Positions 10,349 through 21,024 of a stretch of 64,000 bases of DNA are shown in pieces. The DNA lies in contig CAJBYO010000029.1 in the NCBI GenBank assembly GCA_903959905.1, positions 169,518 through 233,517 on the forward strand. The letters are read 5' to 3'. The first letter of the stretch is position 1. Each line of letters starts with the position of its first letter. The notes under the pieces were generated by a model. That model searched no databases, was not told the origin of the DNA, and saw nothing but the letters and a program-made list of their open reading frames with translations. The position numbers were made by a program, and so were the translations under genes. The DNA comes from an uncultured Bacteroidales bacterium (GTDB lineage: Bacteria; Bacteroidota; Bacteroidia; Bacteroidales; FEN-979).

Positions 10349-11914
10349 ATGCACTCAAACCGTAAAATATATATAGCTTTTTTTTTCCTGCTGGTATTGT
10401 CGGCTGTGATCCGGGCTTTTATAGCCGGGTTTATAGAACTGGGGAATGATGAGGTCTATTACTGGACCTACGCGAAATTCCCCGCATTCAGCCATTTTGA
10501 TCATCCGCCAATGGTTGGACTTGTAATACAGCTCTTTACTTTGAATCTTGCATTTGACAGTGAATTTTTCATCCGACTTGCTGCCGTGGTTTTTGGAACG
10601 TTAAGCACCTTCATGATGTTCCTGATCGGTAGCCAGATCAAGAATCCCCTTACAGGGTTATACGCGGCGCTGTTATATACAGCCTCCTTTTACGGCTTTA
10701 TACTCTGCGGAACCTTTATCCTTCCCGATTCTCCGCAGGTGTTTTTCTGGCTGCTGACCATACTCTTCCTGCTTAAATCGCTTCCCGACCGCAACCTGCT
10801 GCCAAAAAGCAGGAGGTTCCTTTTATTGGCGGGTGTTGCCGCGGGAATGGCCATGCTGTCAAAGTACCATTCCGTATTCCTTGTTACGGGGGCATTCTTT
10901 TACATTATTCTTTACAACCGAAGGTGGTTCAGGGCAACGGAGACTTACATTGCCCTCCTGATTTTCATCCTTTTATGCCTGCCGGTTGCATGGTGGAATT
11001 ACGACAATAACTTCATCAGTTTCTCTTTTCATGAAAACCGGATCGGGATCACCTCTTCCGGGCTGCAGCCCAAATATTTTTTCACAGAGATTGCCGGGGA
11101 GTTTTTCTACAATAACCCCATCAATGTGGTCATCATCATTATTTCACTGATAGCCCTTATTCGCCGCAGATCATTCCTCGGGACAGGCTCAAAACACATT
11201 CTGATATGGGTCAGCGTTCCGCTTGTATTGGTTTTTATGTCGTTTTCCCTCTTCCGGAGTACCCTCCCGCACTGGACAGGCCCTGGTTACCTTGGATTCA
11301 TGTTGATCGCAGCAGCCTACCTCTCAGAGCCGTCGCACCGTGGCTCAAAGCTTTGCCTTGTGCCACTTCCGCTTGTTTTTGCGCTCGCGTTTGTCATGAT
11401 AATTGCTGTAACCGCAGTTGCCCAGATCAGGTACGGGGTGGTTCCGCTCAGCAGGTGGAAAATCAGGGATTTTTCTCATGACTTATCGGGATGGAGGCAA
11501 CTTGGTGAAAAATTTGCCCCGGTAGCAAAGCGGGATCAGTCGAGCGGAACCATGGGCAGGTCAGCGCCTGTCATCACATTCAGATGGTTTCCTGCAGCCA
11601 ACCTCGACTATTATGTTGCCAGCAAGCTCAATCTGCCGGTTTATGCCATAGGCAGCCTCGAACGCATTCACAAGTACTACTGGATCAACAATATCCATGG
11701 CACCCTGAAACAAGGTACGAACGCCTATTACATCGCTTTGAGCGATGACTATGAAGATCCTGTAGCGTTATACGGAGAATTATTTGATACCATCACCCCG
11801 CCCGATACCATCACCTTAACCAGAGGCCGTGATACCATCAGAAAGGCCTTCGTTTACCGCCTCATGGACCTCAAAAAAGAAATGACCTTCCCAATCACCA
11901 AAACCTCAAGATAA
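10349..11914 (+). CDS. Glycosyltransferase family 39 (ArnT/PMT-like) membrane protein
   Basis: N-terminal ELGNDEVYYWTYAKFPAFSHFDHPPMVGL, typical of PMT_2/ArnT-like enzymes; many TM helices. ATG at 10349 preferred over TTG at 10337. Confidence 0.75.
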   Translation: MHSNRKIYIAFFFLLVLSAVIRAFIAGFIELGNDEVYYWTYAKFPAFSHFDHPPMVGLVIQLFTLNLAFDSEFFIRLAAVVFGTLSTFMMFLIGSQIKNPLTGLYAALLYTASFYGFILCGTFILPDSPQVFFWLLTILFLLKSLPDRNLLPKSRRFLLLAGVAAGMAMLSKYHSVFLVTGAFFYIILYNRRWFRATETYIALLIFILLCLPVAWWNYDNNFISFSFHENRIGITSSGLQPKYFFTEIAGEFFYNNPINVVIIIISLIALIRRRSFLGTGSKHILIWVSVPLVLVFMSFSLFRSTLPHWTGPGYLGFMLIAAAYLSEPSHRGSKLCLVPLPLVFALAFVMIIAVTAVAQIRYGVVPLSRWKIRDFSHDLSGWRQLGEKFAPVAKRDQSSGTMGRSAPVITFRWFPAANLDYYVASKLNLPVYAIGSLERIHKYYWINNIHGTLKQGTNAYYIALSDDYEDPVALYGELFDTITPPDTITLTRGRDTIRKAFVYRLMDLKKEMTFPITKTSR

Positions 11915-11916
11915 CC

Positions 11917-12000
11917 GTCACCCGTCACCTGTCACGCGTCACGCGTCACGCGTCACCTTTCACGCGTCACTTGTCACTTGTCACTTTGGTCCCGTCATCT
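11917..12000. repeat. 7-bp tandem array, GTCAnnn family (about 10 units plus 2 degenerate)
   Basis: Units read gtcaccc gtcacct gtcacgc x3 gtcacct ttcacgc gtcactt x3. The array starts 3 nt after the GT39 stop and fills the convergent spacer. Its degenerate end overlaps the last codons of fumC. Confidence 0.9.
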
Positions 12001-13378
12001 TCCTCGGGTCCACAATGGCCGTGAATTGTTCATCCGTCAGCAGTCCGAGTTCAAGGGTGGCCTCACGCAGGGTTTTATGCTCCTTATGGGCTTTCTTGGC
12101 GATTTTAGCAGCATTGTCGTAGCCGATGTGAGGGTTGAGTGATGTAACCAGCATCAGTGAATTTTCGAGGTTCCTGTTGATGGCAGCCATGTTGGGCTCA
12201 ATGCCGATGGCACAGTTGTCGTTGAATGACACACAGGCATCGCCTATCAGCCGGGCCGACATGAGTACGTTGGAGATCATCAGTGGTTTGAAAACGTTTA
12301 ACTGGAAATGACCGCTGATACCGCCAATATTGACAGCCACATCATTTCCAAGGACCTGGGCGCACACCATGGTCATGGCTTCCGGCTGGGTGGGATTCAC
12401 CTTACCTGGCATGATACTCGAACCGGGTTCGTTTTCAGGGAGCATGATTTCGCCGATCCCGCAACGTGGCCCGGAAGCCAGCAGCCGGATGTTTGATGCG
12501 ATATGCATCAGGCTGACGGCTATTGTTTTCAGGGCTCCTGAAGTTTCAACCATGGCGTCATGTGCCGACAATGATTCAAATTTATTTTCAGCGGTTACGA
12601 AAGGAAGGCCGGTGAGTTCAGCAATTTTGTTGGCGACAAGCACATCATATCCTTTCGGTGCATTCAGCCCCGTGCCGACAGCGGTTCCGCCCAGGGCAAG
12701 CTCGGAAAGGTGCGGCAGTGTGTTTTTCAGGGCTTTCAGGCCGTGTTCAAGCTGGGAAACATAGCCTGAAAATTCCTGGCCGAGTGTAAGCGGGGTGGCA
12801 TCCATCAGGTGGGTGCGGCCAGTCTTTACGATCTCACTGAATGCCTCGGATTTTTTTGCCAGCGTTGCTTTCAGCAGTTCAATTCCTGGTATTGTTGTAC
12901 CTGTAACCATCTGGTAAGCAGCTATGCTCATGGCTGCCGGGAAAGTGTCGTTTGATGACTGTGACTTGTTGACATCATCGTTTGGATGGATCACTGTTTT
13001 CTCTTCACCGCCCAGCACGCCGCCGTTGAGCACGTGCGCCCGGTTTGCAATCACTTCGTTGAGGTTCATGTTTGTTTGGGTGCCTGAACCGGTTTGCCAG
13101 ATCACCAGCGGGAACTGGTCATCCAGTTTTCCTGCAAGGATCTCATCACACACTTTAACAATAAGGTCTTTCCTTTCCCGGGGAAGAACGCCCAGGTCGG
13201 CATTGACCATGGCGGCGGCCTTCTTCAGGGTGGCCATACCCCTGATCATCTCTTTCGGCATGGAACCGGGTTCCCCGATTTTGAAATTGGTGAGTGAACG
13301 CTGTGTCTGGGCTCCCCAGAATTTGTCCATGTCAACCTCAATGGGTCCCATGGTGTCTTTTTCAATGCGTGTTTTCAT
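11981..13378 (-). CDS. fumC: Class II fumarate hydratase
   Basis: Fumarate lyase signature [13 protein letters not shown]; 465 aa; N-terminal [26 protein letters not shown]. Confidence 0.95.
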   Translation of the reverse strand: MKTRIEKDTMGPIEVDMDKFWGAQTQRSLTNFKIGEPGSMPKEMIRGMATLKKAAAMVNADLGVLPRERKDLIVKVCDEILAGKLDDQFPLVIWQTGSGTQTNMNLNEVIANRAHVLNGGVLGGEEKTVIHPNDDVNKSQSSNDTFPAAMSIAAYQMVTGTTIPGIELLKATLAKKSEAFSEIVKTGRTHLMDATPLTLGQEFSGYVSQLEHGLKALKNTLPHLSELALGGTAVGTGLNAPKGYDVLVANKIAELTGLPFVTAENKFESLSAHDAMVETSGALKTIAVSLMHIASNIRLLASGPRCGIGEIMLPENEPGSSIMPGKVNPTQPEAMTMVCAQVLGNDVAVNIGGISGHFQLNVFKPLMISNVLMSARLIGDACVSFNDNCAIGIEPNMAAINRNLENSLMLVTSLNPHIGYDNAAKIAKKAHKEHKTLREATLELGLLTDEQFTAIVDPRKMTGPK

Positions 13379-13409
13379 GGCAGGATATTTAGTGATTGAA
13401 TAGATGTTG

Positions 13410-13754
13410 TCATTTCAGCAAAGGGGCAATAATCTCAGGCGGATCCCCGATAACTGCCTTGTATTTTCCTTCAACAACCGGTCGTTGCAGAAGTTTTGGA
13501 TTCTGTAGGATGATTCGGAGCAATTCATGGTCCTCAAAATTCTTTCCTTTCAGGTTCTGCTTGTAATAGTCTTCCTGCTTTCGCAACAGATCTGAAGGTT
13601 TCAGGTTAAGTTTGACAAGAAGCCGTTCCAGGTCCTTCTCCGACAGCGGGTTCTTCAGGTACTCAACAACTTCAAATGCGCTGCCCGATTCCTGCAGATA
13701 TTGCAACCCGGCACGGGATTTTTTACAGGAGGGGTTGTGGTAGATCTTTATCAT
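13410..13754 (-). CDS. ArsC/Spx/MgsR-family (glutaredoxin-fold arsenate-reductase-like) protein
   Basis: N-terminal [19 protein letters not shown] resembles the ArsC family N-terminus (YHNP.C..SR); 114 aa. Confidence 0.7.
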   Translation of the reverse strand: MIKIYHNPSCKKSRAGLQYLQESGSAFEVVEYLKNPLSEKDLERLLVKLNLKPSDLLRKQEDYYKQNLKGKNFEDHELLRIILQNPKLLQRPVVEGKYKAVIGDPPEIIAPLLK

Positions 13755-13770
13755 ATTGTTTAATTAACCG

Positions 13771-13798
13771 GTAGAGACGCACCGCAGTGCGTCTCTAC
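13771..13798. other. Perfect 12-bp-stem hairpin overlapping the prfB stop codon
   Basis: Sequence gtagagacgcac cgca gtgcgtctctac. No T-tract follows on either strand. Confidence 0.8.
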
Positions 13799-14887
13799 CC
13801 GGCATTGCCATATTCCATCAGGTATGCTTTGATGAACTCGGTGAGGTCGCCGTCAAGCACATCCTGCGTGTTGGATGTTTCGTAGCTTGTACGAAGGTCT
13901 TTCACCATTTTATAAGGATGAAGGACATAACTCCGTATCTGGCTGCCCCACTCTATTTTTTTCTTCCCGCTTTCAATTACGTTGATCTTCTCACGCTGCT
14001 TGCGGAGTTCAATCTCATACAGCTGAGATTTAAGCAGTTTAAGCGCTTTTTCGCGGTTTTGCCCCTGCGACCGGGTCTCCTGGCATTCAATCACAATGCC
14101 CGACGGTTCGTGCTTCAGCCGAACCGCAGTTTCCACCTTGTTCACATTCTGCCCGCCGGGCCCGCTGCTGCGGAAGGTATCCCAGCTGATGTCGGATGGG
14201 TTTATTTCAATGACGATGTCGTCGTTGATGATCGGGTAGGCATAAACAGAGGCAAACGAGGTATGCCTTTTGTGGTTGGAATCAAAAGGAGACAGCCGCA
14301 CCAGGCGGTGTACGCCGTTTTCTCCTTTCAGATACCCGTAAGCATAATCCCCGTCAAATTCAAGGGTCACCGATTTGATCCCGGCCACATCTCCCTCCTG
14401 GTAGTCCACCTCGGTGATCTTAAACCTGCTGCGTTCAGCATACCGGATGTACATGCGCATGAGCATTTCTGCCCAGTCCTGCGATTCAGTACCCCCGGCG
14501 CCTGAATTGATCTGTACGATGACCCCAAGCTTATCTTCTTCACCACTGAGCATGTTACGGAATTCCAGGTCTTCAACAAGCCTTAGTGTTTCCTTGTAAT
14601 GGCTTTCAAGTTCATCTTCGGTGCCTTCTCCCTGGATGAAAAAATCCCACATGATGACCAGGTCATCACGGCTAATGACGGCAGCCTGGTATGCGTCGGT
14701 CCATAACTTTTTGTCACGGATGGAACGAAGTGCCTGTTCAGCTGCTTTAGGATTATTCCAGAATTCGGGGGCTTGTGATAACTGCTCTTCTTCAGCTATC
14801 AGTGAGAGTTTTTTATCAATGTCAAAGATACCTCCTCAAGACGTCAAGTCTTGACTGAAGATCTTTCAGTTGGTCCTGTGATACCAT
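13795..14887 (-). CDS. prfB: Peptide chain release factor 2, needs programmed +1 frameshift: join(14887..14825, 14823..13795)
   Basis: The body carries [16 protein letters not shown] and the GGQ motif ([16 protein letters not shown]). Upstream, the minus strand reads ATG GTA TCA CAG ... TTG AGG AGG TAT CTT TGA C, giving [21 protein letters not shown] then stop. The +1 frame continues [15 protein letters not shown]... straight into the listed ORF. Confidence 0.93.
14821..14836 (-). promoter_or_regulatory. RF2 autoregulatory +1 frameshift site (AGGAGG TAT CTT TGA C)
   Basis: An SD-like AGGAGG (14836-14831) sits 3 nt before the slippery CTT (14827-14825) and the in-frame TGA (14824-22) followed by C. 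This is the same architecture as the E. coli prfB site. Confidence 0.9.
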
Positions 14888-14888
14888 G

Positions 14889-15377
14889 TCAGATTTTAAG
14901 TTCCGTAAGTACTTTATTGATCAGGTCAAATTCAAATCCTTTGCCTGCGACAAAATTGATAATTTTTTCGCGGATGTTCAAATGTTTTTCGGATTTTATT
15001 TCTGACATTTTTCTGATGGTCAGTTCCCGGATGGTTTTAAGGTAATCATCCTCGCCGATCTCTTCCATGGCCTTGCTGATAAGTGTCTCAGAAATAGCCC
15101 TTGATCGCAATTCATGCCTGATTTTCACCCTGCCCCATTTATTGATGTGGAACTTTCCGCGCACAAACATGCGGGCATAACGCTCCTCATCGATATACCC
15201 CTCTTCCTTCAGATAAACCAGGATTTTCTGACGCCTGGCCTCAGCAACCTTCCACAGTTGCATTTTACGTTCCACCTCCTGGGTACATCGTTCCTGGTAG
15301 GCACAGTACTGGCGTATCTTTTCAATGATCACCTCTGATTCTGAGGCATAGGACCTGATGATCACTGACTTCGTCAT
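14889..15377 (-). CDS. recX: RecX family regulatory protein
   Basis: RecX-like helical repeats (YCAYQERCTQEV, YIDEERYARMFVRGK..NKWGRVKIRHELRSRAIS). Its stop codon lies 1 nt before the prfB ATG. Confidence 0.8.
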   Translation of the reverse strand: MTKSVIIRSYASESEVIIEKIRQYCAYQERCTQEVERKMQLWKVAEARRQKILVYLKEEGYIDEERYARMFVRGKFHINKWGRVKIRHELRSRAISETLISKAMEEIGEDDYLKTIRELTIRKMSEIKSEKHLNIREKIINFVAGKGFEFDLINKVLTELKI

Positions 15378-15510
15378 GACGGGAAAAAAATGAATTTCAC
15401 CTTTTTATGTGTTTATTGGCAGGTAAAGGTAAGGATAAAAACGTGTAAAATCAACTCCCCGGGTCAAAATATTTTTAACTTCCTTGCAAGGTCGCCATGA
15501 AAAACCTCAG

Positions 15511-18500
15511 CTACTTCTGCTTTTCAAAGACATCAACCTCCCTGAAGTAGCAGGGGCCGTGCGGAGTGTCTTCGCTTACCCACAGGAGATAACGGTATTG
15601 CTTTGATTTTCCGGTTTCCGGGACCATCGTATAAAGGCACTTCCTGTTTCCCCAGATATCGTCGGGGGGAGCGAGTGCAATAAAACTCCAGCCGTATGCT
15701 TTGGGATCGCCGGTTACTTCCGGATATTTATCGCCGGAGGCACCCCAGAGTGAAAAGGATTGTCCGCCCCTCGCTGTATTTTGTTCGGTAAAGATGTGGA
15801 TGCTGTCAAGTTCAATCTCCCTCTGAAGGTCCATCACCAGCCTGCCTTCCCCTTTTTCCGACCATTTATCGGTAAGTGAATCGCCGGGCAGAAGGTCGTA
15901 CATGCCATCGTTGATCGCTGATACGCTCATCCCGCTGGTTATTGCCCCGGCCAGGTTGGTATCGGCATTGCTGAAATAATAGTTTACGGTTACTCCGTTT
16001 GGCTGGTGAATGTCGGCATAGTCTTTCATGGTCAGCCTGGCCGGGAGTTTGGTGAGGTTTCTGTCACTCCTGACCGTAATGGTTGCGGCGCCAGAGAGGC
16101 CATTATCAACATAACTTTTTGCCAGTTTCAGTGCCATGGAAGGGCGGTCGGTGAAATCATCATAAAGTGGCAGTGCAGGTTCAGCCTGGTCAGAAGGATT
16201 GTCGGCAAGCGAGATCGCAAAAATCTTTATGCTTTCATTTTCAGGAAGTTGCAATGTTCCGCTTGCCGGACTTGCGTCAAGCTTGTATTTGAAAATGTAA
16301 CCGTACTGGTAAGGCAGCACCAGGGTATCGCGGTTAAGATGGGTTGTATACCAGGCCACCTCATCCCGTTTGATATACCCTTTCTGCAAACCGGTGATGC
16401 GTTCGTATTTGTCCCATGTCCGGTTGTCAAACTGACCGATTTTTCCGCGATAGGCCTGCACTGTAACAGTTGATTTGACACCACCCACCCTGAATATTCC
16501 GGTGGTGTCGGTGGTTGCTGCAGCGAGGATATAAAGGTGGTTGAAGTTTCCGGTTTTGGGTAAGGTGATCTTCTGGCCTTTGCAGGTAACAACATTGTTT
16601 TTGCCATCTGCTTTTGGCCCGAGGGTGAATTGTACGCCGCCTGCAACGAGGGTTTCGGGAAAGAGTTCGGCAGGGTAGCTGATCCCGTTTTGGTCAAATT
16701 TGCCGTTTTTTCTGTTTTTTGATCCCGATACAACATCCTGGTCAAATACCAGTGGCAGCTCCATCGAAGCCGACTCTGATAATTTCTGTGCCGGCACGTC
16801 AAGCTGGAGGGCAAAACTGCGGATTCCGAATTTTTTAAAATCAGCCACCAGTTTGCCGTTTTTTAATACTGCTTCGCCCACAAGGTGTTCCTGCCCGTCA
16901 ATTTCCCATGCCTTCATGATTTTTGAAGCCATGGTAACCTCAACACTCTGCAGGTCTTTGCCCGTAAGCTCCTGGAGCCGGATGACAATGTCCTTGCCGT
17001 TTTCGGCTTTCTTGATGGCCCGGATGTCAACCTGCGGCACGGAAACCTGCGCAAATGAAAAACTCTTTCCAAGGATCCCGGGATGCTGTGGGACCAGGAA
17101 GGCCCTGAGCGGCTGGTTCAGGCTGCGGCCCTGCCATTCTGATAGGCCGGTGCGCCAGTCGCCCTTGTGGCTGTATATGCCATAGGTGACTTCATGAATA
17201 CCCCAGTCCTGGGATGCCTGATCGTGGTAGAAATTGGTTTTTGGCGTGTATAACAATGTTAACCGAAGTGTTTTGTCATTTGGCTTGTCAGATCCGAATT
17301 TTGAATCTTCAAAGATCGTGACCCCGAAATTTCCTGATTTATCGGTCAGGTCAAACCACTCGCGCGACGGCACTTCATATTTTTTCTCATTGTTGTTTGT
17401 CCTTTCTTCTGTTCCGAGGCCAAGGTTGTAGGTGGCAACACTGTTGGAAGCCGTTAGCGGAAAAGATGCTTTCAGGCTCACCCCGCGCGATTGCCAGCTG
17501 ATGGTGTTGCGTACCACGAGGTTCTCCTTCCCCGCTGCGAGCTGAACATATTGAACAAACACCGAATTGAACGCGGTTCTCTCAATCTTCAGCGTGGCCC
17601 TTACCGGGCCTTTCTCAAGAACGGTTATTTTTGCAGGCCCCTGCACAAAACCGACCGGCGGTTTTTTCCTGTCGTTCCAGTCCATATTCCAGGCTGGCCA
17701 GTATTCGGGGTGCTCTTTCTGAAACTCCAGCCGGGCAGGAGCCGAAAGGATCTCTTTTCCCAATTTCTTATCGATGATGCTTGAAATGTCACCCGCAGCA
17801 TTGACGGTGACCTTCAGGAATTCATTATCCAGGATGCTGCCGGATGCGGAGAGCGTGGTTTTTGCCGGTGTTGCCTCTTTAACCGATTGAATATCATAGC
17901 ACGACAATCCAAGGGAAGGAACTGTTGCGAGAAAAAGAATGCGGATGCTCTCCCTTGTAGCCTCCAGCAACTGCACCGGTATCTCTGCTCCTGAGGCATC
18001 CATGACCTTCACAGCTTTTGGGGCGCCTTCCGGGTAAGAGATCTCTGCCTCAACAACGTCTTTTCGATTGATGGCAAGCGGGTTGTAAACAGCCAGGGTT
18101 TTCCCTTTGCCCTGTGTATCCATGGCCCTGATCACCACAGCTGCAGCGCTGGTAAGACCGGAGGAAAATTTGTTCAGTGCAAGTACTTCGTCATTCCACG
18201 CATATTCGTATGCTTTCGGGATGGAGGTACCAGGCAGGATGTCGTGCATCTGGCTGCCCAATACCAGCCACCATGCTTCATTGAGCGACCGCTGCTGGTA
18301 TTTCAGACCGCCCAGCCAGTCGGCCATCACGCCGATTTCCTCGGCAGCGAGGGCAAGCTGTTCATTTTTCCGGTTCCAACGTTTCATATAGGCCTGCGAG
18401 GTGAGCGACCCGGCAGAGTGTTGAGTGAGCAGCAGGTCGCCTGAGTAGGAGGGAAGCTGCTTTGCCTGTTCAGGTGTCAGGTCGCGGAACAACTGGTCGG

Positions 18501-19359
18501 AGGAGGCAAGATACACCTTGATCTTCCCGTCGGGCTGATCCAGGCTGCCGACCGCATTTTTTACATCTTCTTCACGGGGGGCGCCGCCTTCATCACCCAC
18601 TCCGTAATAGCGGTAGTCGGCGAAAACACCGTATTTGGTTCCGTTTTCCATGACTCGGTTCACCCAGTAGGAAGATGTGTCAAGTCGTTTTTTGACTTCA
18701 CCGCCGTAATCTGTGGCATTGAGGGCGGCAACAATGCCGTTGCCGTCGGGTCCTGTCCAGTTCCCGATGTTGAAAGGGATGCCTGAAGCCGATCCCCAGG
18801 ATAATTTCTGGGTTGAAAATCCTTTCAGCCCGGCATGGGCAAGGACAGAAGGCAGGTGTGCCTGGAACCCGAAGCAGTCGGGAAGGAGGAAGTCAACACT
18901 TTCCTTGCTGAACTCAGCTTTAAAATATCCGTTCCCGTAGAGGACCTGGCGTAACATCGATTCAGGGGAGGTAATGTTGGCATCACATTCATCAACAGAT
19001 GAGCCGCCAACAAACCAGCGTCCCAGCGCGACGTATTTTTTTAGTTTGTCATACCGTTCCGGGTAATATTCCTTCATCATTTTATAACGTCGCGCCCCGG
19101 AAAAGGTGAAAACATAAGGCTTGTACTTTTCAAACCGTTTGAAGTTGTCATCCAGCGTGTTCTTAAGATACTGGTTGATGGTCGTTTCATAGTCCCAGCG
19201 CCATTCGGTGTCAAGATGCGCGTAACCGACCGTATAAAGTACGGGGTCTTTTGACAGGTCGTATCTCGCGACTGGCTTATCACCGGCTGTCTGGGCATCA
19301 ACAAAATTCAGGATCAGCAGAAAAAAGAGTATTAATGTACTGGAGAGCAGGGGCTTCAT
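15511..19359 (-). CDS. Glycoside hydrolase family 38 (alpha-mannosidase-like), secreted, with extra C-terminal carbohydrate-binding-like region
   Basis: Signal peptide; GH38 N-domain motifs YAHLDTEWRWDYETT, GGSSVDECDANI, LPDCFGF; 1282 aa. Confidence 0.8.
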   Translation of the reverse strand: MKPLLSSTLILFFLLILNFVDAQTAGDKPVARYDLSKDPVLYTVGYAHLDTEWRWDYETTINQYLKNTLDDNFKRFEKYKPYVFTFSGARRYKMMKEYYPERYDKLKKYVALGRWFVGGSSVDECDANITSPESMLRQVLYGNGYFKAEFSKESVDFLLPDCFGFQAHLPSVLAHAGLKGFSTQKLSWGSASGIPFNIGNWTGPDGNGIVAALNATDYGGEVKKRLDTSSYWVNRVMENGTKYGVFADYRYYGVGDEGGAPREEDVKNAVGSLDQPDGKIKVYLASSDQLFRDLTPEQAKQLPSYSGDLLLTQHSAGSLTSQAYMKRWNRKNEQLALAAEEIGVMADWLGGLKYQQRSLNEAWWLVLGSQMHDILPGTSIPKAYEYAWNDEVLALNKFSSGLTSAAAVVIRAMDTQGKGKTLAVYNPLAINRKDVVEAEISYPEGAPKAVKVMDASGAEIPVQLLEATRESIRILFLATVPSLGLSCYDIQSVKEATPAKTTLSASGSILDNEFLKVTVNAAGDISSIIDKKLGKEILSAPARLEFQKEHPEYWPAWNMDWNDRKKPPVGFVQGPAKITVLEKGPVRATLKIERTAFNSVFVQYVQLAAGKENLVVRNTISWQSRGVSLKASFPLTASNSVATYNLGLGTEERTNNNEKKYEVPSREWFDLTDKSGNFGVTIFEDSKFGSDKPNDKTLRLTLLYTPKTNFYHDQASQDWGIHEVTYGIYSHKGDWRTGLSEWQGRSLNQPLRAFLVPQHPGILGKSFSFAQVSVPQVDIRAIKKAENGKDIVIRLQELTGKDLQSVEVTMASKIMKAWEIDGQEHLVGEAVLKNGKLVADFKKFGIRSFALQLDVPAQKLSESASMELPLVFDQDVVSGSKNRKNGKFDQNGISYPAELFPETLVAGGVQFTLGPKADGKNNVVTCKGQKITLPKTGNFNHLYILAAATTDTTGIFRVGGVKSTVTVQAYRGKIGQFDNRTWDKYERITGLQKGYIKRDEVAWYTTHLNRDTLVLPYQYGYIFKYKLDASPASGTLQLPENESIKIFAISLADNPSDQAEPALPLYDDFTDRPSMALKLAKSYVDNGLSGAATITVRSDRNLTKLPARLTMKDYADIHQPNGVTVNYYFSNADTNLAGAITSGMSVSAINDGMYDLLPGDSLTDKWSEKGEGRLVMDLQREIELDSIHIFTEQNTARGGQSFSLWGASGDKYPEVTGDPKAYGWSFIALAPPDDIWGNRKCLYTMVPETGKSKQYRYLLWVSEDTPHGPCYFREVDVFEKQK

Positions 19360-19413
19360 AAAAATTGATTTTCCATGTAAAAGTAGAGATTTATTTTGTT
19401 TCTCAAAAAGCGT

Positions 19414-19421
19414 TACTTTTG
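19414..19421 (+). promoter_or_regulatory. Bacteroidota sigma-A -7 box (TAnnTTTG)
   Basis: tacttttg lies 31 nt upstream of the ATG at 19452. Confidence 0.45.
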
Positions 19422-19451
19422 CGCAAACATAACAATACAGGAGACAATTCT

Positions 19452-20582
19452 ATGAAGAAACTTGCAGCATTTTTATTCATCTGTTCTGTGCTGGCATCAT
19501 GTGTGAACAGTAAAGACCAGTTTAAATTATCAGGGAGTGTTAAGGGCATTGATACCGGGATGGTTTTCTTGCAGAAATATAACGAGGAAGGGTGGGTAAC
19601 TGCCGATTCTGCCAAACTGAACAAAGGGGAATTTGCCTTCACCGGCAAGGTTGACTTCCCTGAAATGTGGCATGTTACCATGTTTGACGGACAGGTATTG
19701 GTACCGGTTTTTATGGAAAATGCAAAAATTGATCTTCAGATTTTTCCTGACAGCCTTGATAAATCAGTTGTAAAAGGATCTGCCACACACGACTTTTACC
19801 AGTCATACCTGGCATCCATTGCGCCAATCAACACAAAGCAGGAAGAGGCATACCTGGAATATAAAAAGGCAAGGGAATCAGGCGATACGCTGGGAATGGA
19901 GCATAATGATTCCATCATCACAGCACTTGACGGAGAACTTAAAAACCAGCTAACCACTTTTGCAAAAACAAACAATAAAACAGTTGTTTCGCCCTATCTT
20001 ATCATGCGGGAGAGCTGGCAGTATGAACTTCCTGAACTGGAGGAAATCAGCAGCGTGATGGATACCAGCCTGAACCGTTCACAATACCTGGCAGCCTTAA
20101 AGAAACGGGTTGAAATCCTGAAGAGTGTGGAAGTCGGACAAATGGCACCCGATTTTACCATGAACGACACCACCGGAAAACCAATCACCCTCTCATCATT
20201 GAAGGGGAAAATCCTGCTTGTTGATTTCTGGGCATCATGGTGCGGCCCCTGTCGCGGAGAAAATCCCAATGTAGTAAAAGCCTACCAGGCTTACAATAAA
20301 AAGGGGTTTGACATACTTGGCTGTTCGTTTGATAAAAGCCACGAAAAATGGCTTGCAGCCATTGCGGAAGATCACCTGACCTGGACCCATGTCTCTGATT
20401 TAAAATACTGGGGCAATTCCGCCGGGAAACTTTACGGTGTCAAATCAATCCCAGCCAATGTGCTTCTTGACAAAGATCAGAAAATTATCGGCCGCAACCT
20501 GCGCGGTGAAGACCTGATGAAAAAACTGGAGGAAGTGCTGGGGCCGGCAACGCCCGTCAAGAAGGTTGGGAAAAGGAAATAA
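19452..20582 (+). CDS. TlpA-family thiol:disulfide oxidoreductase lipoprotein (DUF4369-like N-domain plus thioredoxin fold)
   Basis: Start moved to MKKLAAFLFICSVLASC (lipobox). Thioredoxin-fold active site FWASWCGPCRGENP. Confidence 0.78.
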   Translation: MKKLAAFLFICSVLASCVNSKDQFKLSGSVKGIDTGMVFLQKYNEEGWVTADSAKLNKGEFAFTGKVDFPEMWHVTMFDGQVLVPVFMENAKIDLQIFPDSLDKSVVKGSATHDFYQSYLASIAPINTKQEEAYLEYKKARESGDTLGMEHNDSIITALDGELKNQLTTFAKTNNKTVVSPYLIMRESWQYELPELEEISSVMDTSLNRSQYLAALKKRVEILKSVEVGQMAPDFTMNDTTGKPITLSSLKGKILLVDFWASWCGPCRGENPNVVKAYQAYNKKGFDILGCSFDKSHEKWLAAIAEDHLTWTHVSDLKYWGNSAGKLYGVKSIPANVLLDKDQKIIGRNLRGEDLMKKLEEVLGPATPVKKVGKRK

Positions 20583-20687
20583 TGATGGAATGCAAACAAT
20601 GCAGGCAATGCAAACAATGAATGCAATGTAAACAATGAATGCAATGTAAACAATGCAGACAATGCAGGCAATGCAAACAATGAATGA
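20581..20687. repeat. 9-bp tandem array, AATGnAnnn family (11-12 units), forward arm of an inverted pair
   Basis: Units read aatgcaaac aatgcaggc aatgcaaac aatgaatgc aatgtaaac aatgaatgc aatgtaaac aatgcagac aatgcaggc aatgcaaac aatgaatga. The first unit overlaps the TAA stop (20580-82) of the TlpA gene. Confidence 0.9.
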
Positions 20688-20852
20688 AATATTAACTGAT
20701 TGACCGCAATCATACCTGTCAAGTTACTTTTAATCTTTAATGACGGTGTTATATCTAAATCTAACTGCCAGATTTTCAAAATAAATAATAAAACCACGAA
20801 GGCGATGAAGGACATACGAAGGCGCCAAAGATGTCTCACATTATAATTAAAC

Positions 20853-20892
20853 TCTTTGTGCGACTTTGTGTGGACTTTGTGCGACTTTGTGG
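20853..20892. repeat. 10/11-bp tandem repeat CTTTGTG(C/TG)GA x4 inside the inverted-array pair
   Basis: Sequence ctttgtgcga ctttgtgtgga ctttgtgcga ctttgtgg. Confidence 0.8.
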
Positions 20893-21024
20893 TTATAACA
20901 TTGACATACAATTCTTTACTGCCAGATAAATGGTGTTCAGTAACGGTTGCTGGTACGATTCCGATCAATCAAAAATATTATAAGCAAATAACATTTATCA
21001 TCATGACATTTACTATATTCCTTA

